DNA of 32,000 nucleotides from Prochlorococcus marinus str. NATL2A (GCF_000012465.1 NC_007335.2:210001-242000); one strand, 5' to 3'. Numbered from the stretch's first letter, positions 19,243 to 29,087 are shown. Made by a program: numbers and translations. The notes: a model not told the origin generated them from the letters alone.

Positions 19243-20847
19243 ATGAATAATTGCTCAAAAGAAGTTTTAAAGATAAATAAACTTAATGCTATTTATCCAA
19301 ATAGTACTACTTACGTAATAAACGGATTAAATCTGAAGATGAATCGTGGGGATAGGCTTGCGTTAGTTGGTAGTTCAGGTTGTGGCAAAAGTACTGTTGC
19401 TAAGGCCATAATGCAGCTTCTTCCAGATGGAAGTACTTGTTATGGGGAGATTTTTTTAAATGGAAAAAATGTATTAAAATTAGATGAGGATTCTTTGTCA
19501 ACTATTCGAGGGAAAGAGGTTGGATTGATATTTCAGGATCCAATGTCACGGTTAAATCCATTAATGACTGTTGGTGGTCATATAGTTGATACTTTTAAAG
19601 CTCATGATAATTCTGAACCAATTTATAACTTAGTAAAAAAAGCTAAAAGCTTATTAGAGAAAGTTGGAATAGATCCTTTAAGGTTTAATTCTTTTCCACA
19701 TGAATTTAGTGGAGGAATGCAACAACGCGTAGCCATTGCTTTAGCAATTTGTTTAAGACCTCCTTTGATAATTGCTGATGAACCTACTACTAGCTTAGAT
19801 ACAATAGTTGCTGATCAAATCATGAGTGAATTGAGTTTACTTTGTGATGAGATTGGGACTGCTTTACTATTAATTAGTCATGATTTATCTATGGCATATA
19901 AATGGTGTAATAAAATCGCGATACTTGATTGTGGAAAAATAGTAGAATCTGGAAATATTAAGCAGATAATTGGTGATCCTAAAACTAATATTGCGCAAAG
20001 ATTAGTGAATTCAGGGAGGTTCTTAGAGGGGTCAGAGAGAGAAGTAATTAATAAAAGTACTGTACTATTGAGCGTAAATAGATTACGTTGCTGGCATGAT
20101 TTAGGCTTTTGGCCCTTCAATTCTTTTTGGTTGAAAGCTGTTAATGAAGTTACCTTTTCTCTGTATGAAGGTGAAACCCTTGGTATCGTAGGCCCATCAG
20201 GATGTGGAAAGAGTACTCTCTGTAGAGCGTTGACTGGTTTATTACCTACAAGAGGTGGAAGTGTTCTTTTTCTTGGAAAGAATATTTCAATTATCAATAG
20301 GAAATCTTTAAAACAATTACGTAAATATATTCAAATTATTTTTCAAGATCCTTCTGCTTCTTTGAACCCTAAAATGTCAGTAATGGATGCAATTATAGAT
20401 CCAATTCTTATCCATAAATTGTTAAGTCGATCTCAAGCCAGAGAAAAAGCTCGTAATCTTTTAGACCTAGTCGGTTTAGCGCCCACAGCAATGTATGAAC
20501 AACGCTTACCTTCTCAACTTTCAGGAGGACAACAGCAAAGAGTAGCTATTGCAAGAGCACTTGCACTTAGTCCCAAAATACTTATCTGTGATGAAAGTGT
20601 CAGTATGTTAGATGCAGAAATTCAAGCAGAAGTCTTAGAGTTGCTACGCTCTTTGCAAGAAAAATTGAAACTTTCTATGTTGTTCATAACTCATGATTTA
20701 TCTGTTGCAGCAGGCTTTTGTCACAGAGTATTAGTGTTAGATAAAGGAAAAATTATCGAAGAAAATGTTGGTAAAAATTTGTTAAATTATCCTCAAAAAT
20801 ACTTAACAAAAAAGATGGTTAAGGCATGTCCTAGACTTCCGGATTAA
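19243..20847 (+). CDS. ABC-transporter ATPase with two fused nucleotide-binding domains (oligopeptide/nickel DppD-DppF-like)
   Basis: There are two Walker A motifs ([18 protein letters not shown]), two signature motifs ([18 protein letters not shown]), and two Walker B/D-loop motifs ([22 protein letters not shown]). No permease or binding protein is adjacent. Confidence 0.85.
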   Translation: MNNCSKEVLKINKLNAIYPNSTTYVINGLNLKMNRGDRLALVGSSGCGKSTVAKAIMQLLPDGSTCYGEIFLNGKNVLKLDEDSLSTIRGKEVGLIFQDPMSRLNPLMTVGGHIVDTFKAHDNSEPIYNLVKKAKSLLEKVGIDPLRFNSFPHEFSGGMQQRVAIALAICLRPPLIIADEPTTSLDTIVADQIMSELSLLCDEIGTALLLISHDLSMAYKWCNKIAILDCGKIVESGNIKQIIGDPKTNIAQRLVNSGRFLEGSEREVINKSTVLLSVNRLRCWHDLGFWPFNSFWLKAVNEVTFSLYEGETLGIVGPSGCGKSTLCRALTGLLPTRGGSVLFLGKNISIINRKSLKQLRKYIQIIFQDPSASLNPKMSVMDAIIDPILIHKLLSRSQAREKARNLLDLVGLAPTAMYEQRLPSQLSGGQQQRVAIARALALSPKILICDESVSMLDAEIQAEVLELLRSLQEKLKLSMLFITHDLSVAAGFCHRVLVLDKGKIIEENVGKNLLNYPQKYLTKKMVKACPRLPD

Positions 20848-21811
20848 TATTATTTTTAGGTTGTAAAACTTTTAAAAGTCGTTCAAAGTCTTCAGGCAAT
20901 GGAGCTGTGAATTTCATTTTTTCTAATGTTATTGGGTGTATTAAACCCAATTCAATTGCATGTAATGCTTGGCCACCAAGTTTAATAGGTAATTTTTTAC
21001 ATCTACTATAAGTTTGGTCTCCAATAATGGGATGACCGATGTGTGCGCTATGGACACGAATTTGATGCGTTCTACCTGTATCAAGCTTGAATTTAAGAAG
21101 AGAAAAATTTCCTAGATTTTTAATTAATTTCCAATGTGTACAAGCATATCTACCAGATTCCTCATCAACTACAGCATATTTTTTTCTATCTTTTGGATGT
21201 CGGCCAATACTCCCGACAATCATGCCTTCATTGTTTTTAATAGCTCCATGAACAACAGCAATATAATTTCTTGAGGCTACTCTCTTTTGTATTTGAATTT
21301 GCAGTTTAACTAAGGCTTCTTGAGTCTTTGCTACCACAATGCATCCAGTTGTGTCTTTATCTAAGCGATGAACGATTCCAGGTCTTAATTTACCTCCAAT
21401 GCCAGGTAAGTCTGGGCAATGATGGATTAATCCATTAACTAATGTTCCTGATTTATTACCTGGTGCAGGATGAACCGCTATTCCTGCTGTTTTGTTAATG
21501 ACTATTAAATGATCATCTTCATACAAAATATCTAAATCAATTTCTTCTGGCTTTAAGTAAGGAAGAGGCTCAGGTGGTGGAACCCAAAGTTGAATTATGT
21601 CACCTGGCCTAACGGGAGTTTTTGCTTTTCCAGTTTTACCATTTACTCTTGCGAACCCCGCTTCAATGAATTTCTGAATATGAGCTCTACTTTGTTCAGC
21701 TCGTTGACTTACCAGCCATCTATCAAGCCGCATTGGCAAAGGTTTCTTATATTCGCCCTCAAATAATTCACCTGGGCCCTGCCCAAATCCATGCTTGATT
21801 TCTTTATCCAT
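20831..21811 (-). CDS. rluD: 23S rRNA pseudouridine synthase, RluA/RluD family
   Basis: It has an N-terminal S4 domain (R.D..L), the catalytic motif HRLDKDTTG, and RTHQIRVH. Its 3' end overlaps the convergent ABC gene by 17 nt. Confidence 0.9.
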   Translation of the reverse strand: MDKEIKHGFGQGPGELFEGEYKKPLPMRLDRWLVSQRAEQSRAHIQKFIEAGFARVNGKTGKAKTPVRPGDIIQLWVPPPEPLPYLKPEEIDLDILYEDDHLIVINKTAGIAVHPAPGNKSGTLVNGLIHHCPDLPGIGGKLRPGIVHRLDKDTTGCIVVAKTQEALVKLQIQIQKRVASRNYIAVVHGAIKNNEGMIVGSIGRHPKDRKKYAVVDEESGRYACTHWKLIKNLGNFSLLKFKLDTGRTHQIRVHSAHIGHPIIGDQTYSRCKKLPIKLGGQALHAIELGLIHPITLEKMKFTAPLPEDFERLLKVLQPKNNINPEV

Positions 21812-22674
21812 TAGGGGAGTTCAAGAGAGATATTTCCCAGCAAATTTTTGCGAAAATCATCAAGTAATCTTTGAGACATTCTTTGAGTATCTCCGGAAGT
21901 GTGACGTTCTGCTGCTGAAAGTAGCCATGAATATTTGTCTTTAATTGTTTCATTGACAAATATTCCATATCTATTTTGAAGACACATTGACTTGATACCC
22001 GCTTCTTGGATGTTTTCTAATGTCTCAAGAAGTTTCATGAAGCTAATGGCTACCTGTTCAGTATCGTATGCGGCTTGACCAATATCATCACAAATAGCCA
22101 GTTTTAATGCGGCATTTTGATCTTCGAATCTAGGCGGTAGAACGCCAGGAGCATCTAATAGATCAAGATCTTGTCCCAACCTTACCCATCTCAAACTTCT
22201 CGTGACGCCTGGTTTTCTTGAGCTAGATACAACCTTTTTTTTAACTAGTCTGTTAATAAGAGCAGATTTTCCTACATTTGGAAAACCAAGAGTTAGAACT
22301 CTAATTGCACGATTTTTCATTCCTCGGTCAAGACGTCTTTGATTTAACTCTTGCCCAGCACGAATAGCGGCATGTTTAATTTGGAGAACGCCTGTTCCAG
22401 CTTTTGCATCACACCACCATGGTACTTTCCCCTCAGATCTTAATTTTTTATCCCATGCTTGATAGGCTTCGACATTGATCATGTCTTTTCTATTAAGAAC
22501 TAATATTTGCTTCTTTCCTTTTAACCATTTTTGGAGATATGGATGAGAAGTGGCAAGGGGTATTCTTGCGTCTCGCACTTCGAAAACTAGATCAACTTTA
22601 CTCAGATTCTCTTTTAATTGTTTTTCTGCTTTAGCAATATGCCCTGGATACCATTGTATTATTTGCTTGTTCAC
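21811..22674 (-). CDS. rbgA: Ribosome biogenesis GTPase A (YlqF/RbgA), circularly permuted GTPase
   Basis: IQWYPGHIAKA is at the N-terminus. The G-motif order is permuted: NRKD (G4), then GFPNVGKS (G1), then DAPG (G3). The start codon is GTG, and the stop overlaps the rluD ATG by 1 nt. Confidence 0.9.
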   Translation of the reverse strand: MNKQIIQWYPGHIAKAEKQLKENLSKVDLVFEVRDARIPLATSHPYLQKWLKGKKQILVLNRKDMINVEAYQAWDKKLRSEGKVPWWCDAKAGTGVLQIKHAAIRAGQELNQRRLDRGMKNRAIRVLTLGFPNVGKSALINRLVKKKVVSSSRKPGVTRSLRWVRLGQDLDLLDAPGVLPPRFEDQNAALKLAICDDIGQAAYDTEQVAISFMKLLETLENIQEAGIKSMCLQNRYGIFVNETIKDKYSWLLSAAERHTSGDTQRMSQRLLDDFRKNLLGNISLELP

Positions 22675-22930
22675 GGAATTTTAAAAATAATTTGGTTGAA
22701 ATTGATTAATCTAAAAATTGTAAAAGTTGATTTTTGATTTATTTTGGAAGTGTAGTTTTCAAAGTCCTAAGTTCAATTTATCATCTGAAAAGATTAAATA
22801 AGTTGATAATAATAATTGAATTATTCATAATATCCCGACGAGACTTAAATTTTATTGATCAATCAAGATTGATAGAATTACAATCATTAATAACATGCCG
22901 ATGAAAAAAACTTTCTGATATGGCAAGTTC

Positions 22931-22985
22931 AAAAAAAAATTAGATCTCTAACTTCATATCGAAAGTTTGTTTTTCGCAGTTAGAG
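22931..22985 (-). terminator. Candidate intrinsic terminator on the minus strand inside the rbgA-pgk spacer
   Basis: A two-tier hairpin is present: CTCTAACT (22946-22953) pairs with AGTTAGAG (22978-22985), and inner CGAAA (22960-22964) pairs with TTTCG (22972-22976). Read on the minus strand it is followed, after 6 nt, by a run of 9 T (plus-strand A-run 22931-22939). The spacer between stem and T-run is longer than canonical. Confidence 0.3.
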
Positions 22986-23156
22986 TAGGCAGTTTGAGGG
23001 GTTATTAATTATTTAAACTATAGATTTTTAATAGTTAGAAACCAGTTTTTAGGTTCTCAAGGGGTTAGGTAGATTTTTTCTATGTCTTAGTAATTACCCA
23101 ATAGGTGCCTTTAAAGAGCTATGGTCACGCAGTTTACTTTCTGAATCCCATACATT

Positions 23157-24362
23157 ATGTCTAAGCGTTCCCTGTCAAGTCTCGGCGCTGAAGACTTATG
23201 CGGCAAACGTGTTTTAGTGAGAGTTGATTTTAATGTCCCATTAGGAGATGAGGGGCTAATAACTGATGACACAAGAATTCGTGCTGCTTTACCAACTATT
23301 AATGACCTCTTGGATAAGAGTGCAAGAGTCATTCTTTCTGCTCATTTTGGGAGGCCAAAGGGACAGGTCAATGAAACAATGCGTTTGACTGCTGTTGCTC
23401 AAAGACTTAGTGAGTTGCTTGGAAAAACAGTTGTAAAGACTGAAAGTTGCATAGGAGCAGAAGCCAAGTCAAAAGTTGATGCTATGTCTAATGGCGATGT
23501 TGTCCTTTTGGAAAATGTTCGATTTATTTCTGGTGAAGAAAAAAACGATACTGAATTTGCAAAAGAATTAGCTTCTCTGGCAGAAGTTTATGTTAATGAT
23601 GCTTTTGGAGCCGCCCATCGTGCGCATGCTTCAACTGAAGGAGTTACAAAGTTCTTAAGTCCTTGCGTGGCCGGCTATTTAATGGAAAAAGAACTGAAGT
23701 ACCTTCAAGGAGCTATCGATCAACCTCAAAGTCCCCTAGCAGCGATAGTTGGAGGTTCAAAAGTTAGCAGTAAGATAGGTGTCTTGGAATCTTTAATTGA
23801 TAAATGCGACAAGATAATTGTTGGTGGAGGGATGATATTTACTTTTTATAAGGCTAGAGGATTATCGGTTGGTAATAGTCTTGTAGAAGAAGATAAGCTA
23901 GAATTAGCTAGTGCTTTGGAGAAGAAAGCCCAAGAGAAAGGAGTTGAGTTTCTTTTGCCAACTGATGTTGTGTTGGCTGATAATTTTTCTCCTGATGCAA
24001 ATAGTAAACTTTCAAAAGTAGATGCTATTAGCGAAGGTTGGATGGGATTGGATATTGGTTCAGAATCAGTTGAACTTTTTCAGAATGCTCTTAAAGATTG
24101 CAAAACGGTCATTTGGAATGGACCGATGGGTGTCTTTGAATTTGAGAAATTTGCAAACGGAACAAATGCTATAGCAAATACTTTGGCTGAATTAAGTGCT
24201 CAAGGATGTTGCACAATTATTGGAGGTGGAGATTCAGTGGCAGCAGTTGAGAAAGCAGGTTTAGCGAAAAAAATGTCTCATATCTCGACTGGAGGTGGTG
24301 CAAGCCTAGAACTTTTGGAAGGGAAAGTTCTTCCTGGAGTTTCTGCTCTAGATGATGCTTGA
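23157..24362 (+). CDS. pgk: Phosphoglycerate kinase
   Basis: This is full-length Pgk: [39 protein letters not shown]. Confidence 0.97.
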   Translation: MSKRSLSSLGAEDLCGKRVLVRVDFNVPLGDEGLITDDTRIRAALPTINDLLDKSARVILSAHFGRPKGQVNETMRLTAVAQRLSELLGKTVVKTESCIGAEAKSKVDAMSNGDVVLLENVRFISGEEKNDTEFAKELASLAEVYVNDAFGAAHRAHASTEGVTKFLSPCVAGYLMEKELKYLQGAIDQPQSPLAAIVGGSKVSSKIGVLESLIDKCDKIIVGGGMIFTFYKARGLSVGNSLVEEDKLELASALEKKAQEKGVEFLLPTDVVLADNFSPDANSKLSKVDAISEGWMGLDIGSESVELFQNALKDCKTVIWNGPMGVFEFEKFANGTNAIANTLAELSAQGCCTIIGGGDSVAAVEKAGLAKKMSHISTGGGASLELLEGKVLPGVSALDDA

Positions 24363-24389
24363 TAATTTAAATATAATTTGCTAATTATT

Positions 24390-24425
24390 AAAAGTAGGTT
24401 TTATAAACCTACTTTTATTTTTTTT
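24390..24425 (+). terminator. Rho-independent terminator of pgk, possibly bidirectional
   Basis: A perfect 12-bp inverted repeat AAAAGTAGGTTT (24390-24401) / AAACCTACTTTT (24405-24416) with a 3-nt centre is followed by A then T x8 (24418-24425). The stem overlaps the stop codon and last codons of the convergent ORF 24401..25120. Confidence 0.75.
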
Positions 24426-25120
24426 GTAAAGGAATAAATCCCTTCTGGATGAGTAATTATTGCTGAAATAGTTTGAGAGCCAGGTTCTGATGGTGCTTGG
24501 ATATATTTAAATAGACCACCCGATTGATTAGGCTTAATCCCAAAAAGATCATTCGATAGAATCATTTTCTCATTATTTTTAAGTACAATCATTCCACTAG
24601 CTGTTAATAAATTATCTAGTGGTCTTTCAATGATTAAATTTATTTCATATCGTTCACCAGTAAGAACTTTATCAGGAGAAATTATTTTTACAATTAAGGG
24701 AGATTGTTGACTATTAAGAATTGACTCTTCATCGATAACTTGATAACTTTTGATTTTATTTTTGTAAGTTTCAATTTCAACAGTTTGTTTCGTGTATAAA
24801 TTATAAGTTTGATTCCCAATTGTTCTGGTAGATTTAATTTTTACATCTAGTAGTGATTTTTTTGGATCATTTCTAGTTATTTTAATTGACCATTTGGAAT
24901 CTTTGTATTTGTTTCTAAAAGCTAAAGACTGTTTATTAAATTTATAGAATGATTGTTTTGAAAAGAGGTCTTTCACTAAATCATCCTTGCGCTCGTTGAG
25001 GATTTGCTCTAATTGATTGCTTAACAACTGATTATTTATATTTTTGCTTAAAGCAGAATTGATCAATAGTGGATATAGAAATAAAAAACCTATTAATTTG
25101 GTTGTCAGTGAATGCCTCAC
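24401..25120 (-). CDS. Hypothetical exported protein (N-terminal signal peptide), function unknown
   Basis: The 239-aa ORF has a hydrophobic leader (KLIGFLFLYPLLINSALS), then a Lys/Asn-rich, beta-rich body with no motif I recognise. The start codon at 25120 is GTG. Confidence 0.6.
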   Translation of the reverse strand: MRHSLTTKLIGFLFLYPLLINSALSKNINNQLLSNQLEQILNERKDDLVKDLFSKQSFYKFNKQSLAFRNKYKDSKWSIKITRNDPKKSLLDVKIKSTRTIGNQTYNLYTKQTVEIETYKNKIKSYQVIDEESILNSQQSPLIVKIISPDKVLTGERYEINLIIERPLDNLLTASGMIVLKNNEKMILSNDLFGIKPNQSGGLFKYIQAPSEPGSQTISAIITHPEGIYSFTKKIKVGL

Positions 25121-25175
25121 GCCTACCTTTTTTACTCAATATAACTTAGCCTAAAAAGATAGGGTTATTTAATTT

Positions 25176-26234
25176 ATGCCTCGCCTTTTAATTGCTGCAA
25201 GCGGAACGGGTGGGCACATTTATCCTGCATTATCTTTCGCCGATTCACTTTCAAATTCTTGGGAAATAGTTTGGCTAGGTGTACCACATAGGCTTGAGGT
25301 TGAACTAGTTCCAGAAAAATACAATTTAATTAAGTTAAAAGTTGGAGGATTACAAGGAAATAGTTTTAGAAAACTGTTTAATTTATGTAAATTACTCTTT
25401 GCGTCTGTTCAAGTCTCTGTCTTATTACGTCAAAAAAAAATTAATGTTATTTTCACCACTGGTGGCTATATATCTGCTCCTAGTATTCTCGGTGCAAAAA
25501 TGGCTGGCATCCCAGTTTTACTGCATGAATCTAATGCGATTCCTGGCAAAGTAACTAGGCTGTTGGGTAGGTTTTGTGATCATGTAGCTTTAGGAATTCC
25601 ATCAGCATCTGAGTATTTGCAAAGATGTAGAACAAGCTTTACAGGAACACCTGTAAGGACAGAATTTTTATTAGAAAAGTCTCTGCCAAGTTGGGTCCCT
25701 CTGGGAGAGGGCGTATTGATTGTGGTAATGGGAGGTAGTCAAGGAGCAATAAAAATGAATGAGATGGTAAGGAAGATTTTACCTTGCTTGATTGAGAAGG
25801 GTTGTAGAGTTGTTCACTTGACTGGTAAAAACGACTGCTTTTATAGAAATCGAGATCAAGAAAAAAATCACCCTAATTTGGTTGTAAGAGACTTCAGTGA
25901 TGAAATACCTGCCTTGCTTCGAAACGCTGATCTTGCAATTAGCAGGTCAGGCGCTGGTGCGATTTGTGAATTAATGGTAACCAAGACCCCTTCAATTTTA
26001 ATACCTTTTCCAAGCTCTACCGATCAACATCAAGAGCTTAATGCTGCTTATATGGCCAGATTTGGAGGGGCTATAATAGTTAATCAACATGACCCAGAAA
26101 AAAACATATTGAAGAATATTGTGTCGAATTTATTGGATTCTAATTCTCTTAGGGAAATGAAATTAAATATGAATAATCATGATTATTCATATCCTGAAAA
26201 AAAGATATTCGAAATAATACATTCTATTAGTTAA
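25176..26234 (+). CDS. murG: UDP-N-acetylglucosamine--N-acetylmuramyl-(pentapeptide) pyrophosphoryl-undecaprenol GlcNAc transferase
   Basis: It has the N-terminal GTGGHIYPAL, the GT28 architecture, GGSQGA, and R.GAG...E...... P.ILIP. Confidence 0.92.
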   Translation: MPRLLIAASGTGGHIYPALSFADSLSNSWEIVWLGVPHRLEVELVPEKYNLIKLKVGGLQGNSFRKLFNLCKLLFASVQVSVLLRQKKINVIFTTGGYISAPSILGAKMAGIPVLLHESNAIPGKVTRLLGRFCDHVALGIPSASEYLQRCRTSFTGTPVRTEFLLEKSLPSWVPLGEGVLIVVMGGSQGAIKMNEMVRKILPCLIEKGCRVVHLTGKNDCFYRNRDQEKNHPNLVVRDFSDEIPALLRNADLAISRSGAGAICELMVTKTPSILIPFPSSTDQHQELNAAYMARFGGAIIVNQHDPEKNILKNIVSNLLDSNSLREMKLNMNNHDYSYPEKKIFEIIHSIS

Positions 26235-27309
26235 TATAATCTTTTAGTGTATTAATAATTTGAATATTTTGTTCTCTTTTTAGAAGACTGATTCTGAACC
26301 ATTTTTCATCTAAGTTTATAAATGATCTACAGTCTCGTAATAAAATTCCTCTTTTTTTTAAATTCTCAAGAAGATTTAATATAGAGCTCTCACTTTTTAT
26401 TAATTGAAAGTTCGTAGTTGAGGGTAGAGGCTTAATAGTAGAGAAACTTGACAAACTTTGATATAGCCATTTCCCTTCTTTTTCTACCCATCTATGGATC
26501 TTATTTAATCTTTTTTTATGCATTTTAGAATCTTTCATGATCATCTTAGTTGCATTGATAGCTAGCGTATTTACAGGCCATGGATCTCTTATCTCTTTCC
26601 ATTTTAATAATCTATCTGAGTTTGTCACGGCATATCCAACCCTTAATCCAGCAATACCAAGGAATTTAGTTAAACTTCTTATTACTATTAGGTTCTTATA
26701 TATATTTGTTAAATCTATAATTGATTGACTTTCACCTCCAGGGACAAGAGAAATAAATGCTTCATCGCAAATTACAAGTTTGTAATTTGCTAGTAAATTT
26801 TCTATTGAAGAACGACTCCATAATTGACCAGTTGGATTATGTGGATTGGTAATCCACAAGACATTTGCTTTTGGTTCAATTGGGAATGATTGAGGATTGT
26901 TATTTGTCCAAGATAAGGGTAAAGGATTATGAACATAAGTAGCATTCCAGCATTTTAAAGCTCTTTGATAATCTCCAAAACCAGGAGAGGGTAAAGAACT
27001 TATTCCATTTAAACTTGCATCTCTTGCTGCCCACGTAAATAATTCAGAGGCTCCATTGCCAGGTAAAATCATTGATGGCTCAATATTATGCCATTTTGAA
27101 ATAGCATTTCTCACTTCAAAATAACTGCTATCGGGATAAGATCTTATAGACCTATTTTTTATACTATTAATAAGATAATTATTTAATTTTTTAGGTAACT
27201 TAAAAGGTACTATTGATGCACTTGCATCGATTATATTTTCTGTAGATAGTCCTAATTGTCTTGCTTCCTTTTCAATATTACCTCCATGATTTTCAAAATT
27301 TATGTTCAT
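26227..27309 (-). CDS. cobD: Class I/II PLP aminotransferase-fold enzyme, CobD-like (threonine-phosphate decarboxylase of cobamide synthesis)
   Basis: The N-terminal HGGN.......G......IDASASI.P is typical of CobD rather than HisC. It also has NPHNPTG and the PLP-lysine context SLTKFLGIAGLRVGY. The assignment over a HisC/CobC-like paralogue is an inference. Confidence 0.65.
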   Translation of the reverse strand: MNINFENHGGNIEKEARQLGLSTENIIDASASIVPFKLPKKLNNYLINSIKNRSIRSYPDSSYFEVRNAISKWHNIEPSMILPGNGASELFTWAARDASLNGISSLPSPGFGDYQRALKCWNATYVHNPLPLSWTNNNPQSFPIEPKANVLWITNPHNPTGQLWSRSSIENLLANYKLVICDEAFISLVPGGESQSIIDLTNIYKNLIVIRSLTKFLGIAGLRVGYAVTNSDRLLKWKEIRDPWPVNTLAINATKMIMKDSKMHKKRLNKIHRWVEKEGKWLYQSLSSFSTIKPLPSTTNFQLIKSESSILNLLENLKKRGILLRDCRSFINLDEKWFRISLLKREQNIQIINTLKDYIN

Positions 27310-27344
27310 TATATTTGAGACAATCTTAGTCTTAGTTTAAAATA

Positions 27345-27368
27345 TAATCATAAAAATAATCATAAAAA
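27345..27368. repeat. Perfect 12-nt tandem duplication (TAATCATAAAAA x2) in the pyrD-cobD spacer
   Basis: Read directly: 27345-27356 is identical to 27357-27368. Confidence 0.8.
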
Positions 27369-27390
27369 TTTATTTAATTCCTTTTGTATT

Positions 27391-28548
27391 TTACTTCCAG
27401 GGTTCTTCGGAACCGATGGCCTCTTTAATATTTCGGAATCCATGTTTTTCCATTTGCTGGATTAATCCATCTAGTATGTCTGGAACTAAATTTGGTCCCT
27501 CAAATATCCACCCAGTATAAATCTGAACCAGTGATGCACCAGCTGTAATTCTTTCCCATGCCGCTCTTGCTGAATGAATTCCACCCACACCAATCAGAGG
27601 CAAATCATTATCAGTACTTCTTCTTAGTCTCCGAATAACATCTAGTCCTCTTTTTTGTAAGGGTAGACCACTTAATCCACCATTTTCTTGTCCTAGAGTA
27701 TTGCCAGTTTTGATTTTCAGATTTTTTAAATCAAATCGATCTAAGCTTGTATTGATTGCAATAATTCCATCGATGCCGTTTTCCATCGCAACTCTTGCAA
27801 TTTCATCAATTGCTTCATTGGAAAGATCTGGGGCAATTTTTACAAGCAAAGGAGGACAATTGGGTAAATCTTTAAGCGTGCTTATTAATTTTTTTATTTG
27901 TTTTGTTCCTTGTAATGAACGAAGGCCTGGGGTATTAGGTGAACTAACATTAATTACTGCATAGTCTGATAAAGGAGCCAATAGTTTTAGAGATAAAGAA
28001 TAGTCTTTATGGGCTTCATCGAGTGGAGTGATTTTTGACTTTCCTAAATTTATTCCTAGGACACAAGGTCTATTCCCTGGTGCAAGGATTTTCTGTTTTT
28101 CTATTGTTTTTAAAAAATTCTCTGCTCCTTGGTTATTGAATCCCATTCGATTCAGCGCAGCTTTCTCTTTTGCAATTCTGAAAAGTCTAGGTTTTGGATT
28201 GCCTTCTTGGGCATGCCAAGTAATAGTTCCCAATTCGGCGAAACCAAATCCAAAATAATTCCAAAGGCCTGCTCCTACGCCATTCTTGTCAAATCCAGCA
28301 GCAAGTCCCACAGGATTTTTAAAGTGAGAGCCAAAAACAATTTGATTTAAGCTTGAATTGTTTCTTTGAAAATCACTTGATGCTTTTAAAAGGATATTAG
28401 AAATTAATGGAAAGTTTCTATTTAATGATGCGAATTTAATTGCATTAAGGGCAGAATTAGTAAGTATTTCTGCATCAATACCCTCGTCTTGAGATAGAAG
28501 CTGACCGAGGAGAATGTTGTATAAGTCGTTTTTTTTAGTTGTTGGCAA
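27391..28548 (-). CDS. pyrD: Dihydroorotate dehydrogenase (quinone), class 2
   Basis: [15 protein letters not shown], the catalytic-Ser context [11 protein letters not shown], and GGI......... are present, with an N-terminal extension typical of membrane-associated class 2 enzymes. The start appears to be TTG at 28548, overlapping the rnhA 3' end by 14 nt. The start is uncertain. Confidence 0.9.
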   Translation of the reverse strand: MPTTKKNDLYNILLGQLLSQDEGIDAEILTNSALNAIKFASLNRNFPLISNILLKASSDFQRNNSSLNQIVFGSHFKNPVGLAAGFDKNGVGAGLWNYFGFGFAELGTITWHAQEGNPKPRLFRIAKEKAALNRMGFNNQGAENFLKTIEKQKILAPGNRPCVLGINLGKSKITPLDEAHKDYSLSLKLLAPLSDYAVINVSSPNTPGLRSLQGTKQIKKLISTLKDLPNCPPLLVKIAPDLSNEAIDEIARVAMENGIDGIIAINTSLDRFDLKNLKIKTGNTLGQENGGLSGLPLQKRGLDVIRRLRRSTDNDLPLIGVGGIHSARAAWERITAGASLVQIYTGWIFEGPNLVPDILDGLIQQMEKHGFRNIKEAIGSEEPWK

Positions 28549-29020
28549 AATCTTTAAGTTGTATTTTCCTACCTTTAGAAAAAGCTACCGCAATTGCATC
28601 GACTCTGTCATTATCCTTTTCTCCGCTATGACCTTTGACATATTGAAGTTTGATTTTTGGTAGTTCAGGATGGTCAAGAGCTTTCCACAAATCTTGATTG
28701 AGAACTGGTTTGCCAGAGGCAGTTTTCCAGCCTTTCTTTTTCCAATTTGGCATCCATTTGTCCATTCCATCAATTAAATATTTGCTATCAGTTTTAATAG
28801 TTAGTGAAGGGGCAAATTTTATGTTTTTTAATTTTTCTAGAATAAATAATGCAGCCTGTAATTCCATGCGATTATTCGTTGTCTCGGGGGAGTTCCCACC
28901 GAATTCAATCTCGCTTCCATCCTGGAATCTGATTAATGCTCCCCAGCCACCCGGACCAGGATTACCACTGCATGCACCATCGGTTGCTGCAGCAATCGCT
29001 AATTTTTCTTCTTTAGACAT
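28535..29020 (-). CDS. rnhA: Ribonuclease HI
   Basis: The DEDD residues are in context: [27 protein letters not shown], and W.KVKGHSG...ND..D-type ([15 protein letters not shown]). Confidence 0.93.
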   Translation of the reverse strand: MSKEEKLAIAAATDGACSGNPGPGGWGALIRFQDGSEIEFGGNSPETTNNRMELQAALFILEKLKNIKFAPSLTIKTDSKYLIDGMDKWMPNWKKKGWKTASGKPVLNQDLWKALDHPELPKIKLQYVKGHSGEKDNDRVDAIAVAFSKGRKIQLKDFANN

Positions 29021-29049
29021 AAAAAAACCGGTCTGAATAGACCGGTTTT
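29021..29049 (-). terminator. Rho-independent terminator downstream of rplL
   Basis: On the minus strand AAAACCGGTCT (29049-29039) pairs with AGACCGGTTTT (29034-29024) around the loop ATTC, followed by additional T residues down to 29021. It lies 38 nt after the rplL stop. Confidence 0.8.
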
Positions 29050-29087
29050 ATATAAGCAGAAAACAGGTGTTTTTCCAGTAACGATAT

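Noticed and set aside
22900-23150. Repeated 9-mer ACTTTCTGA (22909-22917 and 23136-23144) terminating two 7-codon mini-ORFs (ATGCCGATGAAAAAAACTTTCTGA and ATGGTCACGCAGTTTACTTTCTGA) in the pgk upstream region
   Set aside because: A single shared 9-mer within a ~480-nt AT-rich spacer is about what chance predicts. The mini-ORFs have no SD sequence and no other similarity.
14580-23156. Glutamine riboswitch (glnA RNA) or Downstream-peptide motif, known from picocyanobacteria upstream of tiny ORFs, in the two long spacers (14580-14878 and 22675-23156)
   Set aside because: The characteristic GGAAGUAGG ... GAAGGAACG-type conserved blocks are absent. Only a loose TTGGAAGTGTAG near 22745 was seen, with no partner element.
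4944-28548. The many GTG/TTG initiation codons (menA, nadC, rbgA, hypothetical 24401..25120, pyrD, thioesterase, prfB) as a sign of pseudogenisation or mis-assembly
   Set aside because: All these ORFs are full length with intact catalytic motifs. Non-ATG starts are the simplest explanation, although each start remains unverified without N-terminal data.
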